Assembly (NCBI GenBank): GCA_951406725.2
Contig: OX597833.1
Location: 34,596,001-34,660,000, forward strand
DNA length: 64,000 bases
Direction of reading: 5' to 3'
From: Octopus vulgaris
Lineage: Eukaryota
Shown: piece after piece, positions 24,436 through 34,977 of the stretch
Numbering within the stretch: the stretch's first letter is position 1
How the letters are laid out: each line of letters opens with the position of its first letter
Notes under the pieces: generated by a model
Seen by the model: only the letters and a program-made list of their open reading frames with translations
Databases searched by the model: none
Told to the model about the DNA's origin: nothing
Translations under genes and position numbers: made by a program

Positions 24436-25732
24436 GTAAGTAATCTGACCAGGAGTGGGAAATGGTAAAGTGTCAAATCAAGTGTGCACATACAAACACA
24501 CTCTGACACAAAAAACTGATGGACAACTTTTATTAAGCAGATGTATGATTAAAGGCCATCACCATTTTATCCTCTTTTGGGAGTGTCTAGGATTACATTA
24601 TCTAATGTGTCTTTTTTCTTTGTTAAAGATAATAAGATATAATTTCAGGGGAACTTGGCTGGTATGTCAAAAGACACTTTAACAATGCATAGAAACTTTC
24701 TAGTTGTTAAAACAAGTACCATTCATATAGGATCAATGTGGTCAACTGTCTCTCCACTGCAGATGTATGGTTTTGTACCCGTCTAATTTTGTTGCTAGAA
24801 TGACATTACATATCTGCTTGATATAGTTTCACTGATATAACCATAACTTTTGAGTGGACTACTCGAAAAGTGCAGTCTTTTTTTGGCACGGTCTCTGTCA
24901 CTGTGATACTTAGCATTCTCTGGCCCATTCAACCGTTGCTGTAAACAGATACCATGAGATGTACAGCTCACTACAGTAATAAGTGTGACCACTGTATAAG
25001 TGGTCAGTTTCTAAATTGACATGAAGTCACATATTTCTCAGGCAGAGTATAATCAATTGATTAATCAACACCAATATTTGATTGGTAGTTTAATTTATTT
25101 CCCCTGAAGGATGACATGCTAAGTAGACTTTCAGTGGGATTTGAACTCAGAACATGATGTGCTGTGACTGAATACTGCAACACATTTTATCTGAGGCTTT
25201 AAAATTGTGCCAAACCATCACTTAGCTTTTTAGCAATTGATGTAACACTTTTGGTACCATCTTGCTTCAGACTGCCTCATGTTCTTTGATTCAACACCCA
25301 TGTTTCAAACACCAGTTTAATATACCAATAAACAACTAAGTTTTATTGAATCTCTTTGACTTTTTCATTTTCAAATTTAATTGAAACACAGAGTATTTTA
25401 TTATATTATATCATAATATATTATTATATTATAATGAAATGGTTGATCAACTATAGAATTAACTTTTTCTCCCTCAGAAAATGCATTATTAAAAGAGGGA
25501 AGATCATGGACGGAACAGTGCCAACCTCGATCCTTCTTTTAGTGTATAGTTTAGATTTTTACAGTTCCAGTAATGTTGAGTTTACTTTCATTCATGCAAC
25601 AGTAATTAAATATTTTCCATGTAAATTATGAAAGGTAATTTCAGACAAAAAATGTGAGTTTTTTTTCTGTCTGTTCAAAAGATGCCATTTTGCTATTACT
25701 ATTTTCCCTCAGACTTCTGTTTCTGTTTATAG

Positions 25733-25843
25733 ATGTTGAACTCGACCCAGTTGATGTTCCAACAGCTACAATGGCATTGTAATATGGACAAGATGACTAA
25801 AATATATATACCTCTGCTTCACTTGGAAGTGAAAATGTTGAAG
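25733..25843 (+). CDS. URB2: URB2-like gene, internal coding exon
   Basis: TTATAG acceptor, 37 codons (MLNSTQLMFQQLQW...IPLLHLEVKMLK), AAG|GTAAGT donor, phase 0/0. Confidence 0.8.
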
Positions 25844-26569
25844 GTAAGTTGTGCTGTTTATTAAACGTCAATTATATCATGACAGCTGCTGTCTTCCTCG
25901 CGAAGACTGTGAACATTGCATTTGAAATTGCCATTACAAAGGAAGGTATTCTTAATGAGGGTACCTTATGCTTTCGTATTGTGTAATCTTCTAGGTGGTA
26001 CTTTAGAGTAGAAACCAAACAGAAGGATAAAGTTCAGATCCAAAGGCAACAGTGGATATAAAATGTTCAGAAATCATGGCTGTTGTGGATACAGGAGTTG
26101 GGAAGAGTGTTGTATGGTTAATTTTATCAAATTAGAACTGTTGTTGATGCAATTAAGTTATTCCAACCAACTCTGTTCCATTAAACCTTCAACACAAATA
26201 GCAGATCATGCTACTGGAATATATAAGTATGATGATGGTAACATGTCTGGTCATGGCAGTCCAAGTTGAATCATTTAATTTGTGTCTCAGTTGTGGCCAT
26301 CACTCATGGGTTGTGCAATCCTAAGAATTTGAGTTCAAAAAATGTAGCCCTTCATTTCAAAAAGATTAAGAAGTGTATTGAGAGAGATTTGGCTAATAAT
26401 CTCTTACTCTGTCTGTATCACTTAATAGTTCCATATATTAGAGTTGACTGCATGGTGCTATTTTTACAATGCTACATATTCAATTATGGCATGGTATTAT
26501 TAGTTCTCTAAATCTACATCTAGAAATAGCAGCCAAAATTCTTTTAAGTCACACTGTCATAAACCAGTT

Positions 26570-27892
26570 CAAAAAAGGCTTTCCTGAATTATGTCCTCTG
26601 AAAGTAACCTGTCTATTTCGTGCTTAATAAACTCTGCATCTCTAGGACTGTGTCTTGAAGTTGTTATTGGTTTGAGCTTAGAGGTCTTAATGCTACAAAG
26701 TAGTTCATACACAGTGCATTTTAAGCTTGACATGGACATACAGAGTGACACAGGTTTGAGCATACCCTTGAAGTCAATTGTTACTGCCAAGTGTTGACTG
26801 AAGATATTAATTCTGATGATGACCGGAGCTACAAGGTGGTCGGCCACTAGGAAATTAGTGTGATATGCATTTGTTTCCCAGTTGTAGTTTGCTACTGAAT
26901 TTGCCTTTAATTTCCAGTGTTGTGTTGTTGGCCTAGTTAACTTTTTCTGGGCAGGTATGATCATATTGTAATCCCCAGACTGCAAGACGATTTGCTTCTA
27001 TAAATGTCCTGTCAGAACCTGTGTCAAGAAGGGCTTGTGTATTGTTTTCTTAATTTTAATGGGTACCAGCTGTCCTGTACCATTACTGCTAAAATGATGG
27101 ATAAGGTCTCATCACTGTTTTCCTCTGAGTCACCCTCGAGCTCTATGGTAGCTGTTGTTTTAGGTAAGTTTTGTTTGTTTCTTGGGGGCTTTTTTGAGAA
27201 GCAGACTTTCTCTCAATGGCCTTTCTTCTGACACCTTTTGCAAGTGGAGTTTCTTGCCGAGCATTGATTTTTTTTTTATGGATGTCTCCACCGCACCAAA
27301 AGCATGCTGATTTGGCAACTGCAAGATGGGGTGGTTGATCGATACCAGCTGAGCCTTGCAATAAGTTGTGAGTATCTTCAATGACCACCTCAATGGTTTG
27401 AGCAAGCTTATTGTGTTTCTAAGCTGTCATCTGATGACTCAAGAAGTCTTTGTCTGATTGGTGATTGAAGCCCAACCACAAAGGCATCACTAATTAGAAT
27501 TTCTCGGTAATGGTCTGCCGTTAGGGCTTGGATTTTACACTTTTTGGCCAGCACCTGAAGGCTTGATATAAATTCTTCTATAGACTCGTTTTCTTTTATT
27601 TTCAACTTAGTAGCTTATGGCACATCATTATGTTTGAACCTTTCTTTATGAACTTTGAGTCCAGGTGTTCTATTGCTGCCTTGAAGGTTTTAGATTGTTC
27701 AACAATGGGGTAGGTCCTTACTCTGCAGAGGACTAAGAGTACCTCCAGTTTAGCTTCATCTGGAACTTTTGCTTTTGCTACGTAGATGTGTAGCATCTGT
27801 TTCCAGTAAATATAATCTTCCTCAGTTGGGTCGTCTGGTAGGGTCCTCTTGAACACTTTGGCATCCATTTAGAATGAAGTTTGAATATAATT
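26570..27892 (-). mobile_element. Gypsy/Ty3-like LTR retrotransposon fragment (gag, protease, start of RT), degenerate and lacking LTRs
   Basis: Gag-like segment (NESIEEFISSLQVLAKKC...ILISDAFVVGLQSPIRQRLLE), a zinc-knuckle-like CFWCGGDIH, and the pre-RT motif KPITTSRHSPRDAEFIKHEIDRLLSEDIIQES. Flanked by the direct repeat TGTCATAAACCAGTT. Confidence 0.8.
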
Positions 27893-28683
27893 TGTCATAA
27901 ACCAGTTTCAGTAATGAAAGGACACATTGTAATGTAGTCTAAAATGTCTGAAAATAAAACAGACTGGCCACAGCTGGAACACTTTGATCATTTATGTAAT
28001 AACAACAAACAATGCAGTGCTAGACTGACAGAATTTTAGGGACAAAATACCTGTTTAGCCAAAGCCAACATATGACTATCAACAACAACCATTGCATTGT
28101 GTTCTTGAGAAATGCTCTTAACTCTACTTACTTTATCAGACAGGATGAAAACAAGAAACTGATTCCAATCCTTACTTTACAAAATGGTTAATGGTAAGAA
28201 GGGTTAGTAAAAACAATTTGTTGCAACTATGTTAAACTGTCATATGTCCAAATGCATCTTTTTCAATATTTAATTTTTCTTGCAATAGCCAGTTCTTTTG
28301 GTCAAACTATTGTATCTCCAGCTGCTTCAGATGAAAATTGTCAAAGTGTAGCACAATGGTTTAGTATTTTTCAAAAGTGTAAAGCCTCACATACAACAGT
28401 TTTGCAAAAATATTTCTAACTGAAAATATCATACATGCATGGAGTTAAGATTTTATACACCCAACAAAATATTATTATTTAGGTGAAACTGTTGCTAATG
28501 TAAAAAGATCTGGAATGGTGAATCTATTTTCTTTTTTTTGTGAAAAAGCAATGTTTTGGACTTACAACACTTTTGCATAATTGTAACGAATTGTTCCCAC
28601 AAAGAAAAATGCATTCCTTCCCTACAAAATCAGTGTTAAAGTAATCAATTTTTATCTAACAACATTGCTTTGTTTCCTTTCAG

Positions 28684-28870
28684 AAAAACATACCACCCAA
28701 GACAGCTTTACATGTTATATTTGGTTGCCAATTCGTGCCTCTTTCAAACCTTGATGCAGCTACCTTTGAGGCTGTTTTCCAAGCTCTCTATGATGTCTTG
28801 AACATTCTGCTTACAGAATACACAGATGCTATCTTGCTGACTCTTCCAAGTTTCATTGGAATAGTAAAAC
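28684..28870 (+). CDS. URB2: URB2-like gene, coding exon (start of Urb2/Npa2 C-terminal domain), ending at a U12 donor
   Basis: TTTCAG acceptor. KNIPPKTALHVIFGCQFVPL...FQALYDVLNILLTEY...LPSFIGIVK resembles the URB2 C-terminal domain as I recall it. Followed by ATATCCTTTT. Confidence 0.85.
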
Positions 28871-29637
28871 ATATCCTTTTCTAAGTATTTTTTATGCAAT
28901 TGATATTAAAAAATACAAGCACTAATTTGAGACAGGGAAGCTGATCTCAACAGGCTGAACCTCACAAAGATGACAAAGGATCATAATATATGGTGAGACA
29001 CTGTGCAAGAGAAGACATCTCTAACCCATGCAAGCATAAAAAGCAGCTGTAAAATGATGATGATATAATGTTGTGCAGAAATGCCAGGGAAACCATCTTA
29101 GTGTAGATGCCCCCTAAACAGAAGTGATGGTCACTGCACAAGAACAGTGTTAGAAATTTATATTTCAATGAGTACTTTAAGCAAACTAGTTTTTCAAGAT
29201 TTATTTTTAGATTAACTTTTTCTAGATGATATATTTCATAAGATATTTTGGACATCATATAGCATGTAAATTTTATTAATTTTATTTAAGACAAAAAAAA
29301 ATTTGGCATAATTATACAGAAGGTATTTTTTTCTTATTCTGTTCCTCCTACCTTCTTCAAGTGCTAAGAGCCAAAAACAATGTATAGAGGCTGTAAAGAG
29401 ACGAAGCTAAATACTATATACAGTTCATTTGATAAGCTTAGTAGCTATTTAAGGAAAGTGAATATTTTCATTTTTTTTTTTTTTGTTTTATAATAGAAAA
29501 TTAGGATACACTTTAGGTTAGAGATGGCAAAACAATTGAAACTTTAGTTTAATGAAGCATTATGTTAATCATTTTTATATTTTTGAGCCTGAATCTTTCT
29601 TGGTGTTAGTTTGTTTTTTCTCCTTGACCTGTCTAAC
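28871..29637 (+). other. U12-type (minor spliceosome) AT-AC intron, 767 nt
   Basis: 5' splice site ATATCCTTTT, branch point TCCTTGAC at 29621-29628, 3' end ...CTAAC. Splicing yields C|GT (Arg) and keeps the URB2 frame. Confidence 0.9.
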
Positions 29638-29737
29638 GTTTGATAGTTGCTGTGGTTGGTGAAGGAACCCAAGATAAATTAAGCAACAATAAATCTGCAG
29701 AAAAAGCAATATGTAACTGCGCTAATTTATTATCAAG
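29638..29737 (+). CDS. URB2: URB2-like gene, coding exon after the U12 intron
   Basis: (R)LIVAVVGEGTQDKLSNNKSAEKAICNCANLLS(R), AAG|GTAAGT donor, phase 1/2. Confidence 0.85.
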
Positions 29738-30185
29738 GTAAGTAAATAAAGCTAAGTAATAACTCTTATTTGTGTGTTACCAGCTTTTTTGTATTAGCAG
29801 GAGCAGAACACAACTGAACAGAAGTAACAGAGCTGCATTTCATGAAACAAAAGCAAAAGACTATGCATATAAAAAAAAATGTGAATGATGTTCTTCAAGA
29901 GTTATTTCATTTCTGAGTCCAATAATAGAACTGTAAAGAGGCTTCACTGTCATAAATGTGACTGTGAAGTAGCTACGCCCCACTGATCATCATTTTGTAT
30001 CAAGCCTCATGGAAAACCTATTTCTCTGTATGTAGCACAAATGTGACTATCCACTGCTCAAAGCTGAGTTTTTCATGTAAGCGCATCGTTAAGTAGAAAC
30101 TTTCCTGACATATATGAAGAGTATCTTTTATTTTTTATATGTTTACAGAGGCAGATAGGCATCGACAGCTAGCAAGCTATGCTAC

Positions 30186-30225
30186 TCCAGACTGATGAGC
30201 AATGACTCAGAAACAAGTCTCTGGA
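30186..30225 (+). ncRNA. Minimal type-I hammerhead ribozyme-like motif
   Basis: TCCAGA-CTGATGA-gcaatgactca-GAAAC-aa-GTC-TCTGGA. Both core boxes and the GUC cleavage triplet are in the right order, closed by a perfect 6-bp stem I. Stem II is imperfect. Confidence 0.55.
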
Positions 30226-30943
30226 TGCTGGGTGGTGGTGCTTATCTCCCCCTTTGTAAACATAAGGACACAGGAAATGTGTCAAGGCCGACAGGAAGCA
30301 GGGCTAAATAGCAGTACTATTGTTCCCTTTCATGGGACTGTCACATTAAGTTGACAACATACCACCACTTTATCGTGATACTATTGTATAAATCTCTCTG
30401 AGAGATTTAGAAATGTATTATTTCTATATCTTTTATTTGTTTCAATCAGACCACGGCCATGCTGGGGCACCATCTTGAATTCTTAGTCCAATGAATAGAC
30501 CCCAGCACTTATTTTTTAAGCCTAGTACTTATTCTCTTTTGCCAACTGTTAAGTTACGGGGATTTTGGTAAGCCCAAGGCTATAGTAGAAGACACCTGTT
30601 GAAGGTGCCATGCAGTGGGACTGAACCCAGTACCATATGGTTGGGAGGCAAGCTTCTTACCACTCATCCATGCCTGCACCTATAGAGACTTCCCAAATTA
30701 TAATCAAATTAGACATGTTTACAGCCTTCAACATGAACAACTTTTTTCCTTCTTGACCATTTTGTTTTGTTCCAGGTGTATGATAAAGTGGTGTTCAAGT
30801 CAAGGCATTGTCTGTGCAAAGTAAAAAGTTCTGTAAATGTAGTGTCTTTTGAAGCTAATACAATATCAATATTGATGCACAAAGACAAATACTACAGATT
30901 CACACATACATGGCAAAATGTAGATGCTGTTTATAACAAAAGA

Positions 30944-33368
30944 TGATGACGATGATGATGATCATCATTGTTGTTTAATGTCTGCTTTCCATGCTGGCAT
31001 GGGTTGGATGAGATGACTGAGGGCTGGCGAGCCAGAAGGCTGCACCAATCCCCAATCTTATCTGGCAAAGTTTCTACAGCTGGATGCCCTTCCTAACGCC
31101 AACCACTCCGAGAGTGTAGTGGGTGCTTTTTATGTGCCACCAGCACAAGGGCTAGTCATGTGGTGCTGGCATTAGCCACGCTCAAATAGTGCTTTTTACG
31201 TGCCGCCTGCACAGGAGCCAGCCTGGCGGCACTCACTACAGCCATCCTTGGATGCTGCTTTTAACATTCCACTGGCATGGGTGCCAATCAGGCAGTACTG
31301 TCGTCGGCCATGACGATTTCATTTGCCTCAACGGGTCTTTGCAAGCATAGTTTATTGTCCAATGATTGAAAGGTACTCTTAAATGGGCAGGTTATACATA
31401 CAGCACTGGCATAGGCTACAGTTATGGTCTCACTTGGCTTGTCGGGTCTTCTCAAGCACAGCATATCTCCAAATGTCTCGGTCACTTGTCATTGCCTCGG
31501 TGAGGCCCAATATTTGATGGTCGTGCTTCACCACCTCATCCCAGGTCTTCCTGGGTCTACCTCTTCCACGGATTCCATCAACTGCTAGGTGTGACATTTT
31601 TTCACACAGCTATCCTCATTCATTTGCAACACATGACCACACCAGTGCAGTCATCTCTCTTGCACACCATATCTGATGCTTCTTAAATTCAACTTTTCTC
31701 TCAGGGCACTTACGCTCTGTTGTGTATGCACGCTGAAGCAGAGCATACTGGCTTCATTCCTTGCAAGCCTACGCATGTCCTCATCAATCACGGCCCATGT
31801 TTCACTGCCATGTAGCATGGCTGTTTGCACACATGCGTCATACAGTCTACCTTTTACTCTGAGCGAGAGGCCCTTTGTCACCAGCAGATGTAGGAGCTCT
31901 CTGAACTTTGCCCAGGCTATTCTTATTCTAGCAGCTACACTTTCAGAGCACCCACCCTTGCTACTGACTTGGTCACCTAGGTAATGGAAGCTATCAACTA
32001 CTTGTAGTTTTTCTCCCTGGAATGTGGCAGAAGCTATTCTCTGCACATTTTCAGTTTTTATTGCTCCTGAGCATTTGCCACATACAAAAACTATTTTCCT
32101 AGTTAGCCTTCCTTTGATATTGCTGCACCTCTTATGTGTTCATAGCTTACACTGGGTACATCTTATAGAGTTTCTACCTATGCCTCTACTGCAGATCGAG
32201 CAGGGCCATCTAGCTGAAGGGATTTGTGGTTTGCCTGCTTTCCTACTTATTAGGACTTTGGTTTTAGCGAGGTTGACTCTAAGGCCCTTCGATTCTAATC
32301 CTTCCTTCTACACTTGAAACCTCTCCTCTAGTTCTGATAGTGACTTGGCTATTAGAGCAAGGTCATCAGCATAGAGAAGCTCCCAGCGGCATCCTGTCTT
32401 GAATTCCTCTGTCTTTGCCTGGAGGACTAATCTTTGGTGGACCCTACTTGTACCCTGAATTATTTGCTGTACTCGTTGCCCACCCTCACCTTACTGACAG
32501 CATCCCTGTAAATGGCTTGTACAGCTGTCACTAACCATTCATCTATCCCTAATTTCCTCATTGACCACCAGATAAGGGATTGGGGGACCCTGTCAAAGGC
32601 TTTCTCCATGTCAACAAAAGCCAGGTACAGAGGTTTATCTTTGGCTAGGTATTTCTCCTGCAGCTGTCATACCAGAAATATAGCATCAGTAGTGCTTTAC
32701 CCTGGTACAAATCCAAACTGCATCTCATCTAGAATGACTGTCTCCCTAATTAGTTGGGCTATGACCTTCTCCGTGACTTTCATTACCTGATCCAGCAACT
32801 TGATACCTTTGTAGTAGTTAACTATGGTGCTGCTACAGCAGTCATTGGGTATGACTCCTTCGTGTATCACCTGGTTAACTATATGGGTGACTAGGCTATA
32901 GCCGACACTACCAGATATTTTGAGCATCTCTGCAGTAATTCCTGATGGGCTGGGGGCTTTCCCTGCCTTCATGCTCTTGATTGCTTTATCTACCAAGGTA
33001 CTGTCAATTCGGATAGCTGGTTCGACATTTGGCAGATTCTCTTTCTCCTATTCATTCTCTTAATTTAGCAACCTTTCATAGTGGTGTCTCCAAACCTCTC
33101 TCTTTGCAGTCTCATTTAGTGCAAGTGAACCATCATCCATACGGACACATTTCTCTCCTACGGCATCACGATTCTCTCTCACACACTGTCTTGCAACACG
33201 AAATACTTCAAGTCTTTGGTCCTCGCGGTGCAGAACATTGGCAAATTTTTTCTTATCTGCTTCCCCTCTGTCTAAATAAACCTGTCTCCTAGCTTCCCTT
33301 CTGGCAGTCTGATACAATTCCCTGCATTCACCGTTCTTCCATGCCTGTTTCTTTTCCCTTATGGCCCT
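30944..33368 (-). mobile_element. Degenerate 5'-truncated RTE LINE with 3' UTR and tail
   Basis: Frameshifted ORF pieces are homologous to the copy at 44..2706 (KAFD, YADD region, MLHGSETW). The 3' UTR repeats and tail lie at 30944-31440. Confidence 0.92.
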
Positions 33369-33769
33369 ATGATATGTTTGTATAACTAAAGTGCATATTG
33401 GCACATTGTTTAATGTTTTCTACCAGCATATGTTTGTGTGCACACAGTGTATGTAGCAAGTGGCTGATGTGTACATGTCAGCATCACAGTCTTCCGTACA
33501 CATGCACTATATAAGCATGTGTGAAATTGGAAATTTTAGTGCATTACTATTGACATCTATGTGACTAAAAAGGGTGACAAGAAGAACATCTGGCTACAAC
33601 CAGATGCCACTATCTCAAAAAACGTGAAAGCCATGCCAGCATGGAAAAGCGCATATAAAACAATAGTGATAATGATATTCTTTTATTTTACAGTCCAGGA
33701 GTTTTCTCAGTCACAAGTTACTGTTTTGTATACCTAAATACAACTTAAACTGCTCTTTTATATCTGCAG

Positions 33770-33881
33770 ACTGATAAATAATATGACCATCCACAAATCA
33801 GAGCTGAACAGTGTGGTCAATTATGTGATAGCTGAATTCATTGCTGCATATTCAAATGTGACTCTTTTACCAACTGTAAAG
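33770..33881 (+). CDS. URB2: URB2-like gene, penultimate coding exon
   Basis: CTGCAG acceptor, LINNMTIHKSELNSVVNYVIAEFIAAYSNVTLLPTVK, AAG|GTAAG donor, phase 2/0. Resembles the URB2 'VTLYPAVK' segment. Confidence 0.88.
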
Positions 33882-34119
33882 GTAAGATTCTCCTATTTAA
33901 TTACATAAGAAACCTGTTTATACTGTCATTAGTACCATGCAATTTTATGGATAAGGAAATCACATGCAGACGTCTAAAGCTATGTTTATCCTTTCCTCAC
34001 CCGTTTAATATCTGACGCAATACAATCACTTGTTTAAAAAAAAAATGTCGTTTTGCTACAAAATACTGAACTGTTTAGCAATTATACTCTGTGGTATTCC
34101 TGTAATTTTTATAGTTGCA

Positions 34120-34330
34120 AATAGTTATAGCTGTTAACAAATACTGCTGACAGTAGCTATTACTGAGTACTGCTAGTAGAAGTGATTATTGAGTACTGAT
34201 AGTCATAGGTACTATTGAATACTGCTGACAATAGCTCTCACTGAGGCTGATGACAGTGGCTATTACTGAGTGCTAATGGTGGCAGTAGCTGTTATACTGC
34301 TGGTAGTAACTGTTAAACAATGCTACTGGT
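34120..34330. repeat. Degenerate ~26-27-bp minisatellite
   Basis: Recurring imperfect unit TACTGCTGACAGTAGCTATTACTGAG. Confidence 0.6.
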
Positions 34331-34821
34331 GTTTAAGATAGGGCTACATTTCACAGTTCTCTGTCACAACTGTAAAAATCTTAAGTTTATAATATCTCAA
34401 CTCATTCTATCAAACAGAAAAATATTTCAAGTCCCACTTTATGCTTTAATTGCAAATAAGTAACCAAGTGAAAAAAATTTTGATTCTTAACAATTTCTAC
34501 ATATTTCCAATTTTTGCAAAACTGGCCAACCAATTCTTGTATAAATGAAAAAGAAAAAAAATCTCTAAGAAAGCTGCAGTAATATTTAATCATGCTTCAA
34601 GTTTAGATTCTTCGAGGGTCAACTTTACTTTTTATTCTTCTGGAGTTATTAAAACGACTATCATTAATGTAATTGGGTAGTTAGATTTAAGAATCTAATA
34701 AAAATTCTCTTTGAAGAGTCTTGTTTGAAAGTTAATAACTTTATGACTAATTTTTATGATTGAAACAAAATTCTTCTTATTTAAGCAATTTTCTCTTTCT
34801 CTTTTTTACCTTTTCTTGCAG

Positions 34822-34977
34822 AGCATCTTAAACTCTAGCCTTTATTGTTTACTCATGTCTTGCAACGACCATATGCTTAATAGTCTAAATGCCATTCTTC
34901 CACAAAGCATGAAGCGGGTATTTGAGTCCATTTACACGATATACACCAAGAACTATGAATACAAGGGATATATCTAA
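34822..34977 (+). CDS. URB2: URB2-like gene, terminal coding exon
   Basis: TTGCAG acceptor, SILNSSLYCLLMSCNDHMLNSLNAILPQSMKRVFESIYTIYTKNYEYKGYI-stop. This fits the Urb2/Npa2 C-terminal pattern (Y.LL..C......L...L......F..LY..Y.K...Y.G). AATAAA occurs at 35001 and ~35039. Confidence 0.88.
   Translation, partial: SILNSSLYCLLMSCNDHMLNSLNAILPQSMKRVFESIYTIYTKNYEYKGYI

Noticed and set aside
28144-28380. Candidate extra URB2 exons (28144-28186 and 28289-~28378)
   Set aside because: The phases do not close with the phase-0 acceptor at 28684, and direct splicing from 25843 to 28684 gives a sensible protein.
28864-29700. Canonical GT-AG version of the URB2 intron (donor GTAAAA at 28864)
   Set aside because: Nearby AG acceptors give in-frame stops or the wrong phase. 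The AT-AC sites match both U12 consensus motifs.
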